Shown here in pieces: positions 54,020 to 64,000 of a DNA stretch of 64,000 bases; the first letter of the stretch is position 1, and every line of letters starts with the position of its first letter. Position numbers and translations under genes: made by a program. This stretch comes from Bacillales bacterium UBA7004 (lineage in GTDB: Bacteria; Bacillota_I; Bacilli_A; Acholeplasmatales; Anaeroplasmataceae): NCBI GenBank assembly GCA_002449755.1, contig DJXM01000045.1:34270-98269 (forward strand), in the 5' to 3' direction. Under the pieces are notes generated by a model. That model searched no databases, was not told where the DNA came from, and saw only the letters and a list, made by a program, of their open reading frames with translations.

Positions 54020-54232
54020 TTAATTTGTTGCCTAAACAACGACAAATGTAGTATAGCACATCATATTCGAAAATTAAAGTATTTTTTGCACAAAAATTTA
54101 AAAATAGGCATTTTTCACAAATTTTATTCCAAAAAATTAAAGATTTTCTATTTTTTTGTATAAAAATTTACACAACTAACTATGTATGTTAAAATTGTTT
54201 AGAATAAAATTCGAATATTCGGGGTGATTTTT

Positions 54233-54889
54233 ATGATAGATGCAATTTTATTCGATTTAGACGGAACTATTTTGGACACATTAGAGGATTTAAGGGATGC
54301 GTGTAATTATGCAATAACTAAATATGGCTTTAATGAGGTAACAAAAGAGGATGTAAGGAAAAATATTGGTAATGGTATTTTAATGCTAATAAAGAGATGT
54401 GTTAATTTTAATTTAGATAATATTGATTTGATGCATCAAAGATTTAAAGAATATTATTCTAAAAATTGTAATGTTCATACAAAGCCTTATAATGATATTT
54501 ATATATTGTTAGATTATATTAAAAGTAAGAAAATCAAAATGGGAGTTGTTACAAATAAAGCATATTATGCAGCTAAGGAATTAATTGATTCACATTTTGA
54601 TGGCTATTTTGATTTAGTATTAGGAGATCAAATGAATATTGGCTTAGAAAGAAAGCCTAATCCTAATATTATTTATTACGCGATGGATAAATTAAATGTG
54701 AATGATAAAAATAAGGTTTTATATATAGGAGATAGTGATGTTGATATAGATACAGTAAATAACGCTAATATTTTAGGAGCGTTTGTTTCATATGGATATA
54801 GAGATAGAGAATTATTGCTTGAAAAAACAAACCTTGTGTATGATAATGTATCTCAATTATTAGACTATGTTAAATCATTAAATGAATAA
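54233..54889 (+). CDS. HAD-family phosphatase (phosphoglycolate phosphatase-like)
   Basis: FDLDGTILDT, VTNK, KPNP, YIGDSDVD. Confidence 0.9.
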   Translation: MIDAILFDLDGTILDTLEDLRDACNYAITKYGFNEVTKEDVRKNIGNGILMLIKRCVNFNLDNIDLMHQRFKEYYSKNCNVHTKPYNDIYILLDYIKSKKIKMGVVTNKAYYAAKELIDSHFDGYFDLVLGDQMNIGLERKPNPNIIYYAMDKLNVNDKNKVLYIGDSDVDIDTVNNANILGAFVSYGYRDRELLLEKTNLVYDNVSQLLDYVKSLNE

Positions 54890-54937
54890 TTTACTTTGAT
54901 TTAATTTATGGTATAATCACTATGGTGAATAAAATTT

Positions 54938-55864
54938 ATGAAGGATGTCAAAATTAGCAATTTAGAATTGTTTTATGATGTATTAGATGAATCAAATAAT
55001 TTATTGTATGAGGCAACAAAAAACAATTATTTCGAGCTTATCGAAATGACTGCAGAAAACATCCTTGAGGGCAAGGTATTATCTGATGTTGATGATCAAT
55101 ATGTGAAAAAGCTTAAGAAGATTTATAAAAAGCTTGATAATGTTGATTTTTCGGTTGAGGATATTAGAAAGGCCTTGCAGTCAATTATCCTTAGAGGATT
55201 TAAGGAAATGAGAATCCCTAATGGTAATACAACACCTGATACATTAGGTATATTTATGACATATCTTATTACTAAGCTTACTAATAAGAATGAAATAAAT
55301 GTATGTGATCCTATGTGTGGTGTTGGTAATTTATTATTTACTATATCTAATTATTTAGATAAATTAACTACATTATATGCCTGTGATATTGATCCATGGA
55401 TGACTAAGCTAACAAAGATTTCAGCTGATTTAATGGAAACTAATGTAGAAATATTTTATCAGGATATGATGAGTTTAAATTTAAATAATATGGATATTGT
55501 GGTTTCTGATATCCCTAATTGCTTACCTGAAAAGGATAAATTCTTCCCATATGATGCAATCCTTCATATGGCAGATTATTTAACTCTTGATGGTGCGATG
55601 ATTGTAATTATTCAAAATGATTTTTTTGATTATGATAAGGATCAGGAATTTAAAAAGGCTTTGCTTGAAAAGATATCAATTGTTGGTATTTGTGAATTAC
55701 CAGATGATATGTTTAAGGAAGGAAAGCCAAAAAGTATCCTAGTACTTCAAAAGAAGGAAATAAAGGATCAATGCTTTATGGTCAAATTACCAAGCTTCTC
55801 TAATGTTTTGGAATTTAATGATTCGTTAAAATTAATTGAATCTTGGTTTTTGAAGAATAAATAA
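54938..55864 (+). CDS. YtxK-like class I SAM-dependent methyltransferase
   Basis: TPDTLG, DPMCGVGNL, SDIP, LPDDMFK..KSILVLQK; position directly upstream of ackA as in Bacilli. Confidence 0.85.
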   Translation: MKDVKISNLELFYDVLDESNNLLYEATKNNYFELIEMTAENILEGKVLSDVDDQYVKKLKKIYKKLDNVDFSVEDIRKALQSIILRGFKEMRIPNGNTTPDTLGIFMTYLITKLTNKNEINVCDPMCGVGNLLFTISNYLDKLTTLYACDIDPWMTKLTKISADLMETNVEIFYQDMMSLNLNNMDIVVSDIPNCLPEKDKFFPYDAILHMADYLTLDGAMIVIIQNDFFDYDKDQEFKKALLEKISIVGICELPDDMFKEGKPKSILVLQKKEIKDQCFMVKLPSFSNVLEFNDSLKLIESWFLKNK

Positions 55865-55891
55865 AAGAAGGAAATAAAGGAGATTTTAATT

Positions 55892-57085
55892 ATGGCAAAA
55901 ATTATGGCTGTTAATGCAGGCTCATCATCTATTAAATTCCAATTATTAGATATGCCTGAGGAAAAGGTTATTACATCTGGTGTAATGGAAAGAATTGGTT
56001 TAGCTGAAGGTATCTTCACATTAAAGTACAATGGTAAGAAGGAAGAAACTCATCCAGTTTTACCTACACATAAAGAGGGCGTAGAATTATTATTAAAGAC
56101 TTTAATTGAAAAGGGTATCGTTAAGTCACTTGCTGAAATTACAGGTGTTGGTCACCGTGTAGTTCAAGGTGGTGAATACTTTAAGGATTCTTGCTTAGTT
56201 GATGATACAGTTATCGCTAAGATTCAAGATTTAGCTGATTTAGCTCCACTTCATAACCCTGCTCATATCATTGGTATTAAGGCTTTCCAAGCTGCACTTC
56301 CAAATGTTCCACAGGTTGTTGTATTTGATACAGTATTCCATCAAACAATGCCAGAAGAGGCATATATGTATGCTACACCATATGAATGGTATACAAAGTA
56401 TGGTATTCGTAAGTATGGTGCTCATGGTACATCTCATAAGTATGTATCTCAAAGAGCTGCTGAATTAATTGGTAAGCCACTTGAGCAAACTAAGACTATC
56501 GTTTGTCACTTAGGTAATGGTGCTTCAATTTCTGCAGTTGATGGTGGTAAGTGTAAGGATACATCAATGGGCTTAACACCACTTGAAGGTATCCCAATGG
56601 GAACTAGATCTGGTAGTTTAGACCCAACTGTTGTTTCATACATTTGTGAAAAGGAAAATAAGACTGCCGCTGAGGTTGTTAATATCTTAAATAAGAAGTC
56701 TGGTTATTTAGGTATGTCTGGTCGTTCAAATGATGCTCGTGATGTTACTGCTGGTATGAATGAGGGCGATCATAGATGTAAGTTAACATTTGATGTTCAA
56801 GCTAAGAGAATTGTTGATTATATCGCTGCTTACTATGTATATATGGGTGGCTGTGATGTAATTGCATTCACAGCTGGTATGGGTGAAAACTTAAAGCATT
56901 TAAGAAAGAATATTATTGATCGTTTAGGTGTATTAGGTGTTAAGCTTGATGAAAAGCTAAACGATACATTCTCTGATGAAAGAATCATTTCTACTCCAGA
57001 TTCTAAGATTCAGGTTTGGATTATTCCTACAAATGAAGAAGTTATGATTGCTCGTGACACTGTAAGAATTGCCAATATTAAGTAA
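55892..57085 (+). CDS. ackA: Acetate kinase
   Basis: NAGSSSIK, GHRVVQGG, LAPLHNP, YGAHGTSH, HLGNGAS, TSMGLTPLEG, PTNEE. Confidence 0.98.
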   Translation: MAKIMAVNAGSSSIKFQLLDMPEEKVITSGVMERIGLAEGIFTLKYNGKKEETHPVLPTHKEGVELLLKTLIEKGIVKSLAEITGVGHRVVQGGEYFKDSCLVDDTVIAKIQDLADLAPLHNPAHIIGIKAFQAALPNVPQVVVFDTVFHQTMPEEAYMYATPYEWYTKYGIRKYGAHGTSHKYVSQRAAELIGKPLEQTKTIVCHLGNGASISAVDGGKCKDTSMGLTPLEGIPMGTRSGSLDPTVVSYICEKENKTAAEVVNILNKKSGYLGMSGRSNDARDVTAGMNEGDHRCKLTFDVQAKRIVDYIAAYYVYMGGCDVIAFTAGMGENLKHLRKNIIDRLGVLGVKLDEKLNDTFSDERIISTPDSKIQVWIIPTNEEVMIARDTVRIANIK

Positions 57086-57103
57086 TTTAATCTTTTAAAT
57101 GAT

Positions 57104-57131
57104 GAGACTTGAGTTTTACTCAGGTCTTTTC
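57104..57131 (+). terminator. Intrinsic terminator after ackA
   Basis: GAGACTTGAG-TTTTA-CTCAGGTCTT followed by Ts. Confidence 0.75.
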
Positions 57132-57195
57132 TTAAGCATTAATAAAACATCAATTTAATTTCTATTAATTTTTTGTTATAATTTATAGAAAGTGG

Positions 57196-57825
57196 GTGAT
57201 TGCTTTGGATTTCTTAAAAATGATGGATTTTGTAAAGAATATGCTAGAGAAGCATAATGCGATTAAGCCTTTAAAGCCTAATCAAAGTTTTAGATCTAGA
57301 TATACACATTCTATAAGAATATATAAATGGTGCCAAAGACTTGTCGCTGATTTACCTGAATGCAACAAAGATATTTTATATACAGCTGCTATCTTTCATG
57401 ATGTAGGATATTCCTATGGAAAGGAAAACCATGCAGAGGCATCTGCTAAAATTTTTAGAGAATATGGAAAAGAAAATGGATTTGATAAAGATTTCATTGA
57501 TGAGGTAGCAAGAATTATTTCACTTCATTCTGATAAGAGTCTATTAAAGGATCCTAATTCAACTCCTGAATTAATAATATTGCTAGAGGCTGACCTATTA
57601 GATGAGGAAGGCTGTATGGGAATAGTATGGGATTTATTATCTAAGGGTGCCTTAGGCTGTGATAATTATGAGGATTCCTTATCAGAAATATGGCATCATT
57701 CTGGTCATATTCTAAAGCAGGATTATATGGTTACACCACTCGCTAGAAAATATTGGGATGAAAAGAAGCAATTTGTTAATGAATTCTTAGCTCAGTTTAG
57801 TAGTGATTTATTTATGGAGGATTAG
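57196..57825 (+). CDS. HD-domain phosphohydrolase
   Basis: RYTHS, AAIFHDVG, NHA, LHS, EADLLD; start uncertain. Confidence 0.88.
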   Translation: MIALDFLKMMDFVKNMLEKHNAIKPLKPNQSFRSRYTHSIRIYKWCQRLVADLPECNKDILYTAAIFHDVGYSYGKENHAEASAKIFREYGKENGFDKDFIDEVARIISLHSDKSLLKDPNSTPELIILLEADLLDEEGCMGIVWDLLSKGALGCDNYEDSLSEIWHHSGHILKQDYMVTPLARKYWDEKKQFVNEFLAQFSSDLFMED

Positions 57826-58326
57826 ATGGAATTCTTTGAGGTATTAGAAAAAAGATATTCATGCCGTAGCTTTAAGGATACTATGGTTAGTGATGAATTA
57901 ATTAATAAAATATTAGATGCTGGTATATTATCTCCTACAGCTGTTAATTTTCAGCCAGAAAGAATCTATGTATGTAAATCTAAGGAAATCATTGAAAAAT
58001 TAAAGGAAGCATCTAAATATACATTTGATGCTAAATTAATATTTGTTATTGCTTATGATACAAATATCTCTTGGAAAAGAAGAAGCGATAATAAGGAATT
58101 CGGTATGGTTGATGCTGCTATTGTAACAACTAATATGATGAATGCTATTACAGCATTAGGCTTAGGCTCTTGCTTCGTTTGTAGTATGCATCAGGATATG
58201 GTAGAAAAAATATTAGGATTACCTGATAACATTAAGGTTTTAGCTATGTTACCTACTGGTTATCCTAATGAAATTAAACCTCATAATAAGAGAAAAGAAA
58301 AAAATGAAATTGTAGAATATAGGTAG
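57826..58326 (+). CDS. Nitroreductase family protein
   Basis: KRYSCRSF, SPTAVNFQP, DAAIV, LGLGSC, PTGYP. Confidence 0.92.
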   Translation: MEFFEVLEKRYSCRSFKDTMVSDELINKILDAGILSPTAVNFQPERIYVCKSKEIIEKLKEASKYTFDAKLIFVIAYDTNISWKRRSDNKEFGMVDAAIVTTNMMNAITALGLGSCFVCSMHQDMVEKILGLPDNIKVLAMLPTGYPNEIKPHNKRKEKNEIVEYR

Positions 58327-58331
58327 TTTTT

Positions 58332-59633
58332 ATGAATATAAATATTATTGGAGCTGGCTTAGCTGGTGCTGAGGCATGCTGGTATTTATCTAAAAAGGGT
58401 TATGGTATTACATTATATGAAATGAGACCTAAGAAGATGACTCCGGCACATAAAACAGAAAAGTTTGGAGAATTAGTTTGTTCTAATTCATTAAAGAGTG
58501 ATTCTGACACAAATGCTTGTGGTATTTTAAAGCATGAGATGGCTCTTTTAGATTCACTTATTTTAAAATGTGCATATGATAATAAGGTTGAGGCTGGTGG
58601 TGCTTTAGCTGTAGATAGAGAAGGATTCTCAGAGGAAATAACAAAAATTATTAAATCATTGCCTAATGTAAAAATTGTTTATGATGAAATAACAAAGATT
58701 GATGTAAATGTTCCTACTATTATCGCTACTGGTCCACTTACATCATCTCCATTATGTGAAGAAATCAAAAGATTATTTGGCTTAGATGATTTTTATTTTT
58801 TTGATGCTCAAGCACCAATTATTTATGCTGATTCTATTAATTATGAAAAGGCATATTTAAAAAGTAGATATGATAAGGGTGAGCCATCATATTATAATTG
58901 TCCAATGACTAAAGAGGAATTTGATGCATTTTATGATGCATTAATTAATGCTGAATGTGCTGAAACTCATGAATTTGATTTAAAGGTTTTTGAAAGCTGT
59001 ATGCCAGTTGAAATTATGGCCAAAAGAGGACCTCAGACATTAACATTTGGTCCTATGAAGCCTGTTGGATTAAGAACACCTGATGGTGTAAAGCCTTATG
59101 CAGTTGTTCAATTAAGACAGGATGATGCAGCTCGTACTATGTATAATATTGTTGGATTCCAAACTCATTTGAAATTTCCGGAGCAAAAAAGAGTATTCCA
59201 AATGATTCCTGGACTTGAAAATGCAAGATTCGCTAAGTATGGAAGAATGCATAAGAATACATATATAAACGCACCTAAAATTTTAAAGCCTAATTTTCAA
59301 ACTAAGCAATATCCTAATTTATTTATTGCAGGCCAGCTATCTGGTGTTGAGGGATATGTAGAATCTGCAGCATCTGGTATTTATGCGGCAGTAAGTATGG
59401 ATAGGTATTTAAGAGGATTAGAACCAATTTATTTGCCAAGGACAACAGTTCTTGGTGCATTAAGCCATTATATTTGCGAGGCAAACGAAAATGACTTCCA
59501 GCCTATGAATGCTAATTTCGGTATTATGGAGGAATTGAATATTCCTCATAAAAAGGCTAATAGGAAGGAATTATATCGAGATAGAGCATTTTTAGATTTT
59601 GAAAGAGAGCTAAAGAAGATTAATGATAACTAA
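58332..59633 (+). CDS. trmFO: Folate/FAD-dependent tRNA m5U54 methyltransferase
   Basis: GAGLAGAEA, ELVCSNSL, ATGPLT, VGFQTHLK, GVEGYVES, FQPMNANFG. Confidence 0.97.
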   Translation: MNINIIGAGLAGAEACWYLSKKGYGITLYEMRPKKMTPAHKTEKFGELVCSNSLKSDSDTNACGILKHEMALLDSLILKCAYDNKVEAGGALAVDREGFSEEITKIIKSLPNVKIVYDEITKIDVNVPTIIATGPLTSSPLCEEIKRLFGLDDFYFFDAQAPIIYADSINYEKAYLKSRYDKGEPSYYNCPMTKEEFDAFYDALINAECAETHEFDLKVFESCMPVEIMAKRGPQTLTFGPMKPVGLRTPDGVKPYAVVQLRQDDAARTMYNIVGFQTHLKFPEQKRVFQMIPGLENARFAKYGRMHKNTYINAPKILKPNFQTKQYPNLFIAGQLSGVEGYVESAASGIYAAVSMDRYLRGLEPIYLPRTTVLGALSHYICEANENDFQPMNANFGIMEELNIPHKKANRKELYRDRAFLDFERELKKINDN

Positions 59634-60567
59634 GGTAAACCCTGAAGAGGCAGTTGAGGAATTTTTGTCATATTTAGAAAATGAAAAGGGGTATTCAGAA
59701 AATACCCTTTCTAATTATTTGCATGATATTAATGATTTTAGTGCCTTTTTGAAGGTAGAAAAGATGGCTAAGGATATATTGCATATATCAAAAAGGCATC
59801 CAGAATATTATGTATCATATTTATCTAAGGATAAGTTTAAAAGTACTAGTATTAGAAGACATATATCTTCTCTTTCATCTTTTTATAATTTTTGTGTAAG
59901 AAATGAAATTTGTAGAGAAAATTATTTTAAGGATATGGATTTACCTAAAATCCCTAAGCATTTACCAAAGGTTATAAATGAAAGTGAAATTGTAATGCTT
60001 TTTGATGCTTGTGATTTAGATAATAAGCTTGGATATAGAAATTTCTGTATTTTAGGATGCTTATATGGTTGTGGATTAAGAGTATCTGAGCTATGTAATA
60101 TGGAAATTAAGGATATTGATTTTTCAGAAAGAATAATTAGAGTTAGAAGCGGTAAGGGTGGAAAGGATAGAGATGTAATTATGTATGAGGGCTTAGGTGA
60201 TATGCTTAAGCATTACATTTCTCAATTTAGGCCTGAAATATTATATAATTCTAAGGATACTGAAAATAGGCATGTATTTTTAAATAAGAATGGTACTACA
60301 TTAACTAGAGTTGGTGTAAGGAAAATTCTAGAAAAGCTTGTTAAGGATGCTGGTGAAACATTCCATATTTCACCTCATATGCTAAGGCATTCCTTTGCTA
60401 CATCATTGTTAAATAATGGAATGGATTTAAGAACTGTTCAGGAATTACTTGGTCATGAGAGCCTATCAACTACACAAATATATACTCATGTTACTATTGA
60501 AAAAATGAGAGAGGATTATGCTAAAGCACATCCTAGGGCTCAAAAAGAATCAAAGAATAAAAGTTAA
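59623..60567 (+). CDS. xerC: XerC/CodV-like tyrosine recombinase
   Basis: GLRVSEL, GKGGKDR, PHMLRHSFAT, LLGH..STTQIYTH; trmFO-xer synteny. Confidence 0.88.
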   Translation: MITKVNPEEAVEEFLSYLENEKGYSENTLSNYLHDINDFSAFLKVEKMAKDILHISKRHPEYYVSYLSKDKFKSTSIRRHISSLSSFYNFCVRNEICRENYFKDMDLPKIPKHLPKVINESEIVMLFDACDLDNKLGYRNFCILGCLYGCGLRVSELCNMEIKDIDFSERIIRVRSGKGGKDRDVIMYEGLGDMLKHYISQFRPEILYNSKDTENRHVFLNKNGTTLTRVGVRKILEKLVKDAGETFHISPHMLRHSFATSLLNNGMDLRTVQELLGHESLSTTQIYTHVTIEKMREDYAKAHPRAQKESKNKS

Positions 60568-60630
60568 TCTTGTAATATTTGATTGATTTTGTTATAATTC
60601 TTTTTGTTCAAAGTAAGGAGAAATTATTGT

Positions 60631-61407
60631 ATGAAAAAGAAAGTGATTTCAGTTACTGTTGGTTTAATGGCAATGGCAACACTTCTAGCATGTACATCTA
60701 CTCCAGATGGTGATTTAACTATTGTAAGAAGTGATTTAGCATTAGATCTATCAGAGGTTAAAGATAAATATAATATTGGTTTTATTTATGATTTAGATAA
60801 TCAAGCAAAGAGATTAGATGCAAATGTAGATATTAATTCAGATACTGATTATTATACTGCGTATGTTTCTAACGATGTTAAATCATCTGCATTCGTATAT
60901 TCTATAAATATTGATAATGATTTTGAAACATTAGGTACAAGAGTTCAAAGCTATACTGCAAGCTCATTATTCTTTAGAACATCAAGTGGTATTTATGATT
61001 CTGAGGCATCAGCTGTTGCAGCTAAGCTATATGATACTGAAAAGGGATTACATCAATATAATGATTTATTCGATTTTGAGGTAAGTACTATTTCAGCATT
61101 ATCATTTGGTAAATCAGCAAAGGGTGCTTATAAGGCATATCAGGATGGTAATAGAAATATTACTGTTGATATTGTATATGTTCCTACATTTGTTGTAAGA
61201 AATTATGGTGAAAAGAATATGCAAAAGCAAAGAATTTTAGAGAAGGTTGTTTTTGCTCCTATCTATTGCCAATATACTACAAATGATAAGGAAATAGATT
61301 TTGATGGTAATTTATCTGAATCAAAGGTTAAATCTATTAATAAGATTGATATAAAATTTGATGAAAAATATGTATCAACTGGTAAAGAGGTTACAGAGAT
61401 TAATTAA
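60631..61407 (+). CDS. Hypothetical lipoprotein
   Basis: MKKK, hydrophobic stretch, lipobox LLAC; AGGAG RBS. Confidence 0.7.
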   Translation: MKKKVISVTVGLMAMATLLACTSTPDGDLTIVRSDLALDLSEVKDKYNIGFIYDLDNQAKRLDANVDINSDTDYYTAYVSNDVKSSAFVYSINIDNDFETLGTRVQSYTASSLFFRTSSGIYDSEASAVAAKLYDTEKGLHQYNDLFDFEVSTISALSFGKSAKGAYKAYQDGNRNITVDIVYVPTFVVRNYGEKNMQKQRILEKVVFAPIYCQYTTNDKEIDFDGNLSESKVKSINKIDIKFDEKYVSTGKEVTEIN

Positions 61408-61408
61408 G

Positions 61409-61430
61409 AATGGGGATTTTCCCCATTTTT
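61409..61430 (+). terminator. Intrinsic terminator
   Basis: AATGGGG-ATTTT-CCCCATT followed by Ts. Confidence 0.8.
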
Positions 61431-61494
61431 CTTTCGCCTTAAAAAAATAGTTGCATTTCATCTAGTGCTATGATATTATTTAAAAGGCACAAAA

Positions 61495-61575
61495 AATACA
61501 CATGCTTTTGGAGTTTGCCGTCGTGTGCAAGAATTTGTTGGAGGCGAACGTTGAAGAAGGCAGAGGACAAAAAAC
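61495..61575 (+). promoter_or_regulatory. Probable S2 (rpsB) autogenous leader RNA
   Basis: GC-richer structured leader opening ATACACATGC and closing GCAGAGGAC, between promoter (TTGCAT-17-TATTAT, 61451-61479) and rpsB; resembles known rpsB leaders. Confidence 0.6.
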
Positions 61576-61601
61576 AAAAATAAAATGGAGGAAATTAAAA
61601 A

Positions 61602-62474
61602 ATGTCTGAATCAGTAGTTTCAATGAAACAATTATTAGAGTCTGGTGTTCATTTTGGACATGCTACTCGTAGATGGAATCCTAAGATGGCTAAGTATGTA
61701 TTTACAGCTAGAAATGGAATTTACATCATCGATTTACAAAAGACTGCAAATGAAATTGAAAAGGCTTATGCAGCTCTATTTGAAATCGCTAAGAATGAAG
61801 GAAAGGTACTTTTCGTAGGTACAAAGAAGCAAGCACAAGAGGCTGTTAAGGAAGAGGCAGCTAGATGTGGTATGTACTATGTTAACCAAAGATGGTTAGG
61901 TGGTACTTTAACTAACTTCAAGACAATTAGAAAGAGAATTCAAAAATTACAAAGCCTATATGAGATGGAAGAAGATGGTTCTTTCGAAAAGCTTACTAAG
62001 AAGGAAGCTGCTCAATTAAAGGCTGAAAGAGATAAGTTAGAGAAGTTCTTAGGTGGTATTAAGGATATGAAGAAGCTTCCTGATGCTTTATTCATCGTTG
62101 ATCCACACAAGGAACACAATGCTATTTTAGAAGCAAGAAAGTTAAACATCCCAGTATTTGGTATCGTTGATACTAACTGTGATCCTGATGATGTTGACTA
62201 TGTTATCCCAGCAAACGATGATGCTATCCGTGCTGTTAAGTTAGTTACATGGGTTATGGCTAACGCTGTAATCGAGGCTAATGGTGGTGTTGTTGAGAAG
62301 TTTGATGACGCTGCTGAAGGTATCAACCAAGCAGAAGAAATCAAGAAGGAAGACGCTGCTAAGAAGGAAGAAAGAGCTGCTAGAAAGGCTCAAGCTCCTA
62401 AGAAGGACGGCGAAAAGAAGCCTGCTAAGAAGGCTCCAGCTAAGAAGCCAGCTCAAGAAGCTAAGGCTGAATAA
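61602..62474 (+). CDS. rpsB: 30S ribosomal protein S2
   Basis: [44 protein letters not shown]. Confidence 0.99.
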   Translation: MSESVVSMKQLLESGVHFGHATRRWNPKMAKYVFTARNGIYIIDLQKTANEIEKAYAALFEIAKNEGKVLFVGTKKQAQEAVKEEAARCGMYYVNQRWLGGTLTNFKTIRKRIQKLQSLYEMEEDGSFEKLTKKEAAQLKAERDKLEKFLGGIKDMKKLPDALFIVDPHKEHNAILEARKLNIPVFGIVDTNCDPDDVDYVIPANDDAIRAVKLVTWVMANAVIEANGGVVEKFDDAAEGINQAEEIKKEDAAKKEERAARKAQAPKKDGEKKPAKKAPAKKPAQEAKAE

Positions 62475-62494
62475 TTTATTCGGAGGATAAAAAA

Positions 62495-63403
62495 ATGGCA
62501 AATATTACTGCGCAAATGGTTAAGGATTTACGTGAAAAGACTTCTGCAGGTATGTTAGACTGCAAGAAGGCATTAACTGCTACAGATGGCGATATGGAAG
62601 CTGCTGTAACTTGGTTAAGAGAAAAGGGTATTGCTAAGGCTGTAAAGAAGGAAGGCGCAATCGCTGCTGAAGGTCTTTGCTCATATGCAATTAAGGGTAA
62701 TAAGGCTGTTGTATTTGAATTAAATTCTCAAACAGACTTCGTTGCTCAAAATGCTAAGTTTGTTGATTTATTAAATAAGGTTGGCGAAATCATTGTTAAT
62801 TCTGACGCTAAGTGTACTGAGTGTGCATTAAAGGTTGAGGCAGAAGGCAAGGATTTAAATACAATTATTCTTGAGGCTTCAGGTGTAATTGGTGAAAAGA
62901 TTTCTTTAAGAAGAGTTACTGTATTAGAGAAGACTGATGCACAAGTATTTGGTGCTTATAAGCATGCTGGTGGTAGAATTGTAGTTGTTGCTGTATTAGA
63001 TGGTAATGATGAAGTTGTTGCTAAGGATGTTGCTATGCATGTAGCTGCTATGGGTCCTAGATATGTATCTAAGGATGATATTCCAGCTGAAGAGGTTGCT
63101 AAGGAAAGAGAAATCATTTTAGCAACAGCTTTAAATGAGAATGCTACATCTGCTAAGCCAAAGCCAGAACAAATTATTGCTGATAAGATTGTTCCAGGTA
63201 GACTTGAAAAGAGCTTAAAGGAAATTTGTTTATTATCTCAAGCTTTCGTTAAGAATCCTGATCAAACAGTTGAGGCTTATGTTGCAGGCGCTAAGTCTAA
63301 GGTTGTAACTTTCATCCGTTTAGCTGTAGGTGAAGGTATTGAAAAGCAAGAAGTTGATTTTGCTGCTGAAGTAGCTGCTCAATCTGCTCAATTCAATAAG
63401 TAA
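62495..63403 (+). CDS. tsf: Elongation factor Ts
   Basis: LREKTSAGMLDCKKAL, AAEG, TDFV, IGEKISLRR, VAMHVAA, VGEGIEK. Confidence 0.98.
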   Translation: MANITAQMVKDLREKTSAGMLDCKKALTATDGDMEAAVTWLREKGIAKAVKKEGAIAAEGLCSYAIKGNKAVVFELNSQTDFVAQNAKFVDLLNKVGEIIVNSDAKCTECALKVEAEGKDLNTIILEASGVIGEKISLRRVTVLEKTDAQVFGAYKHAGGRIVVVAVLDGNDEVVAKDVAMHVAAMGPRYVSKDDIPAEEVAKEREIILATALNENATSAKPKPEQIIADKIVPGRLEKSLKEICLLSQAFVKNPDQTVEAYVAGAKSKVVTFIRLAVGEGIEKQEVDFAAEVAAQSAQFNK

Positions 63404-63409
63404 TAATTG

Positions 63410-63438
63410 ATAACCGCGAAACTCGCGGTTATTTTTTT
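63410..63438 (+). terminator. Intrinsic terminator after tsf
   Basis: ATAACCGCG-AAACT-CGCGGTTAT followed by Ts. Confidence 0.9.
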
Positions 63439-63528
63439 CTAAAAAAAGTATTAAAAGTATTAGTATTAATTAAAACAATATGGTAAAATAATCTTTGAAA
63501 AAATAATAGATTGTTCTATTAGTTATAA

Positions 63529-64000
<472 letters not shown>

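Noticed and set aside
54176-54197. TATGTTAAAAT as a dif/XerD half-site
   Set aside because: Better explained as the extended -10 box (TG-T-TAAAAT) of the HAD gene; no convincing XerC arm
54938-55864. Methyltransferase as part of a restriction-modification system
   Set aside because: YtxK-type gene in its usual position before ackA; no endonuclease or specificity subunit adjacent
59623-60567. Tyrosine recombinase as a prophage or ICE integrase
   Set aside because: Overlaps trmFO in the conserved housekeeping arrangement; no phage or conjugation genes or att repeats nearby

Overview
Very AT-rich chromosomal segment of a monoderm anaerobe, most consistent with an Acholeplasmatales/Anaeroplasma-like member of Bacilli (inference: short Gram-positive-type DnaK, HrcA/CIRCE, T-box, ytxK-ackA and trmFO-xerC synteny, many lipoproteins, no cell-wall genes in view, standard code with TGA as stop). 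Mostly housekeeping genes on the + strand: dnaE (3' part), pgk, tpiA, tsaE-tsaB-rimI-ybaK-tsaD, glnS, ABC-F, pcrA, cysK, rubrerythrin, rpmG, T-box-asnA, hrcA-grpE-dnaK-dnaJ, rsmE, mtaB, rpsU, ackA, trmFO, xerC, rpsB-tsf-pyrH, with ispG and gdhA on the - strand. No rRNA, tRNA, CRISPR array, IS or prophage was seen. The most interesting accessory signals are: (i) two tandem 232-aa orphan paralogues with near-identical framework blocks and two hypervariable blocks, separated by an orphan serine-protease (GNSGG) fragment (13006-14737); (ii) a compositionally foreign ABC-exporter islet bounded by an 11-bp direct repeat (32293-36059); (iii) a dispersed, apparently cytoplasmic pectin toolkit (two GH28, one CE12-type esterase, an AEC transporter coupled to one GH28); (iv) a GGDEF protein; (v) a small putative defence islet (DUF1016 nuclease plus a convergent helical orphan). 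All calls are by eye from motifs and context; no searches were run.
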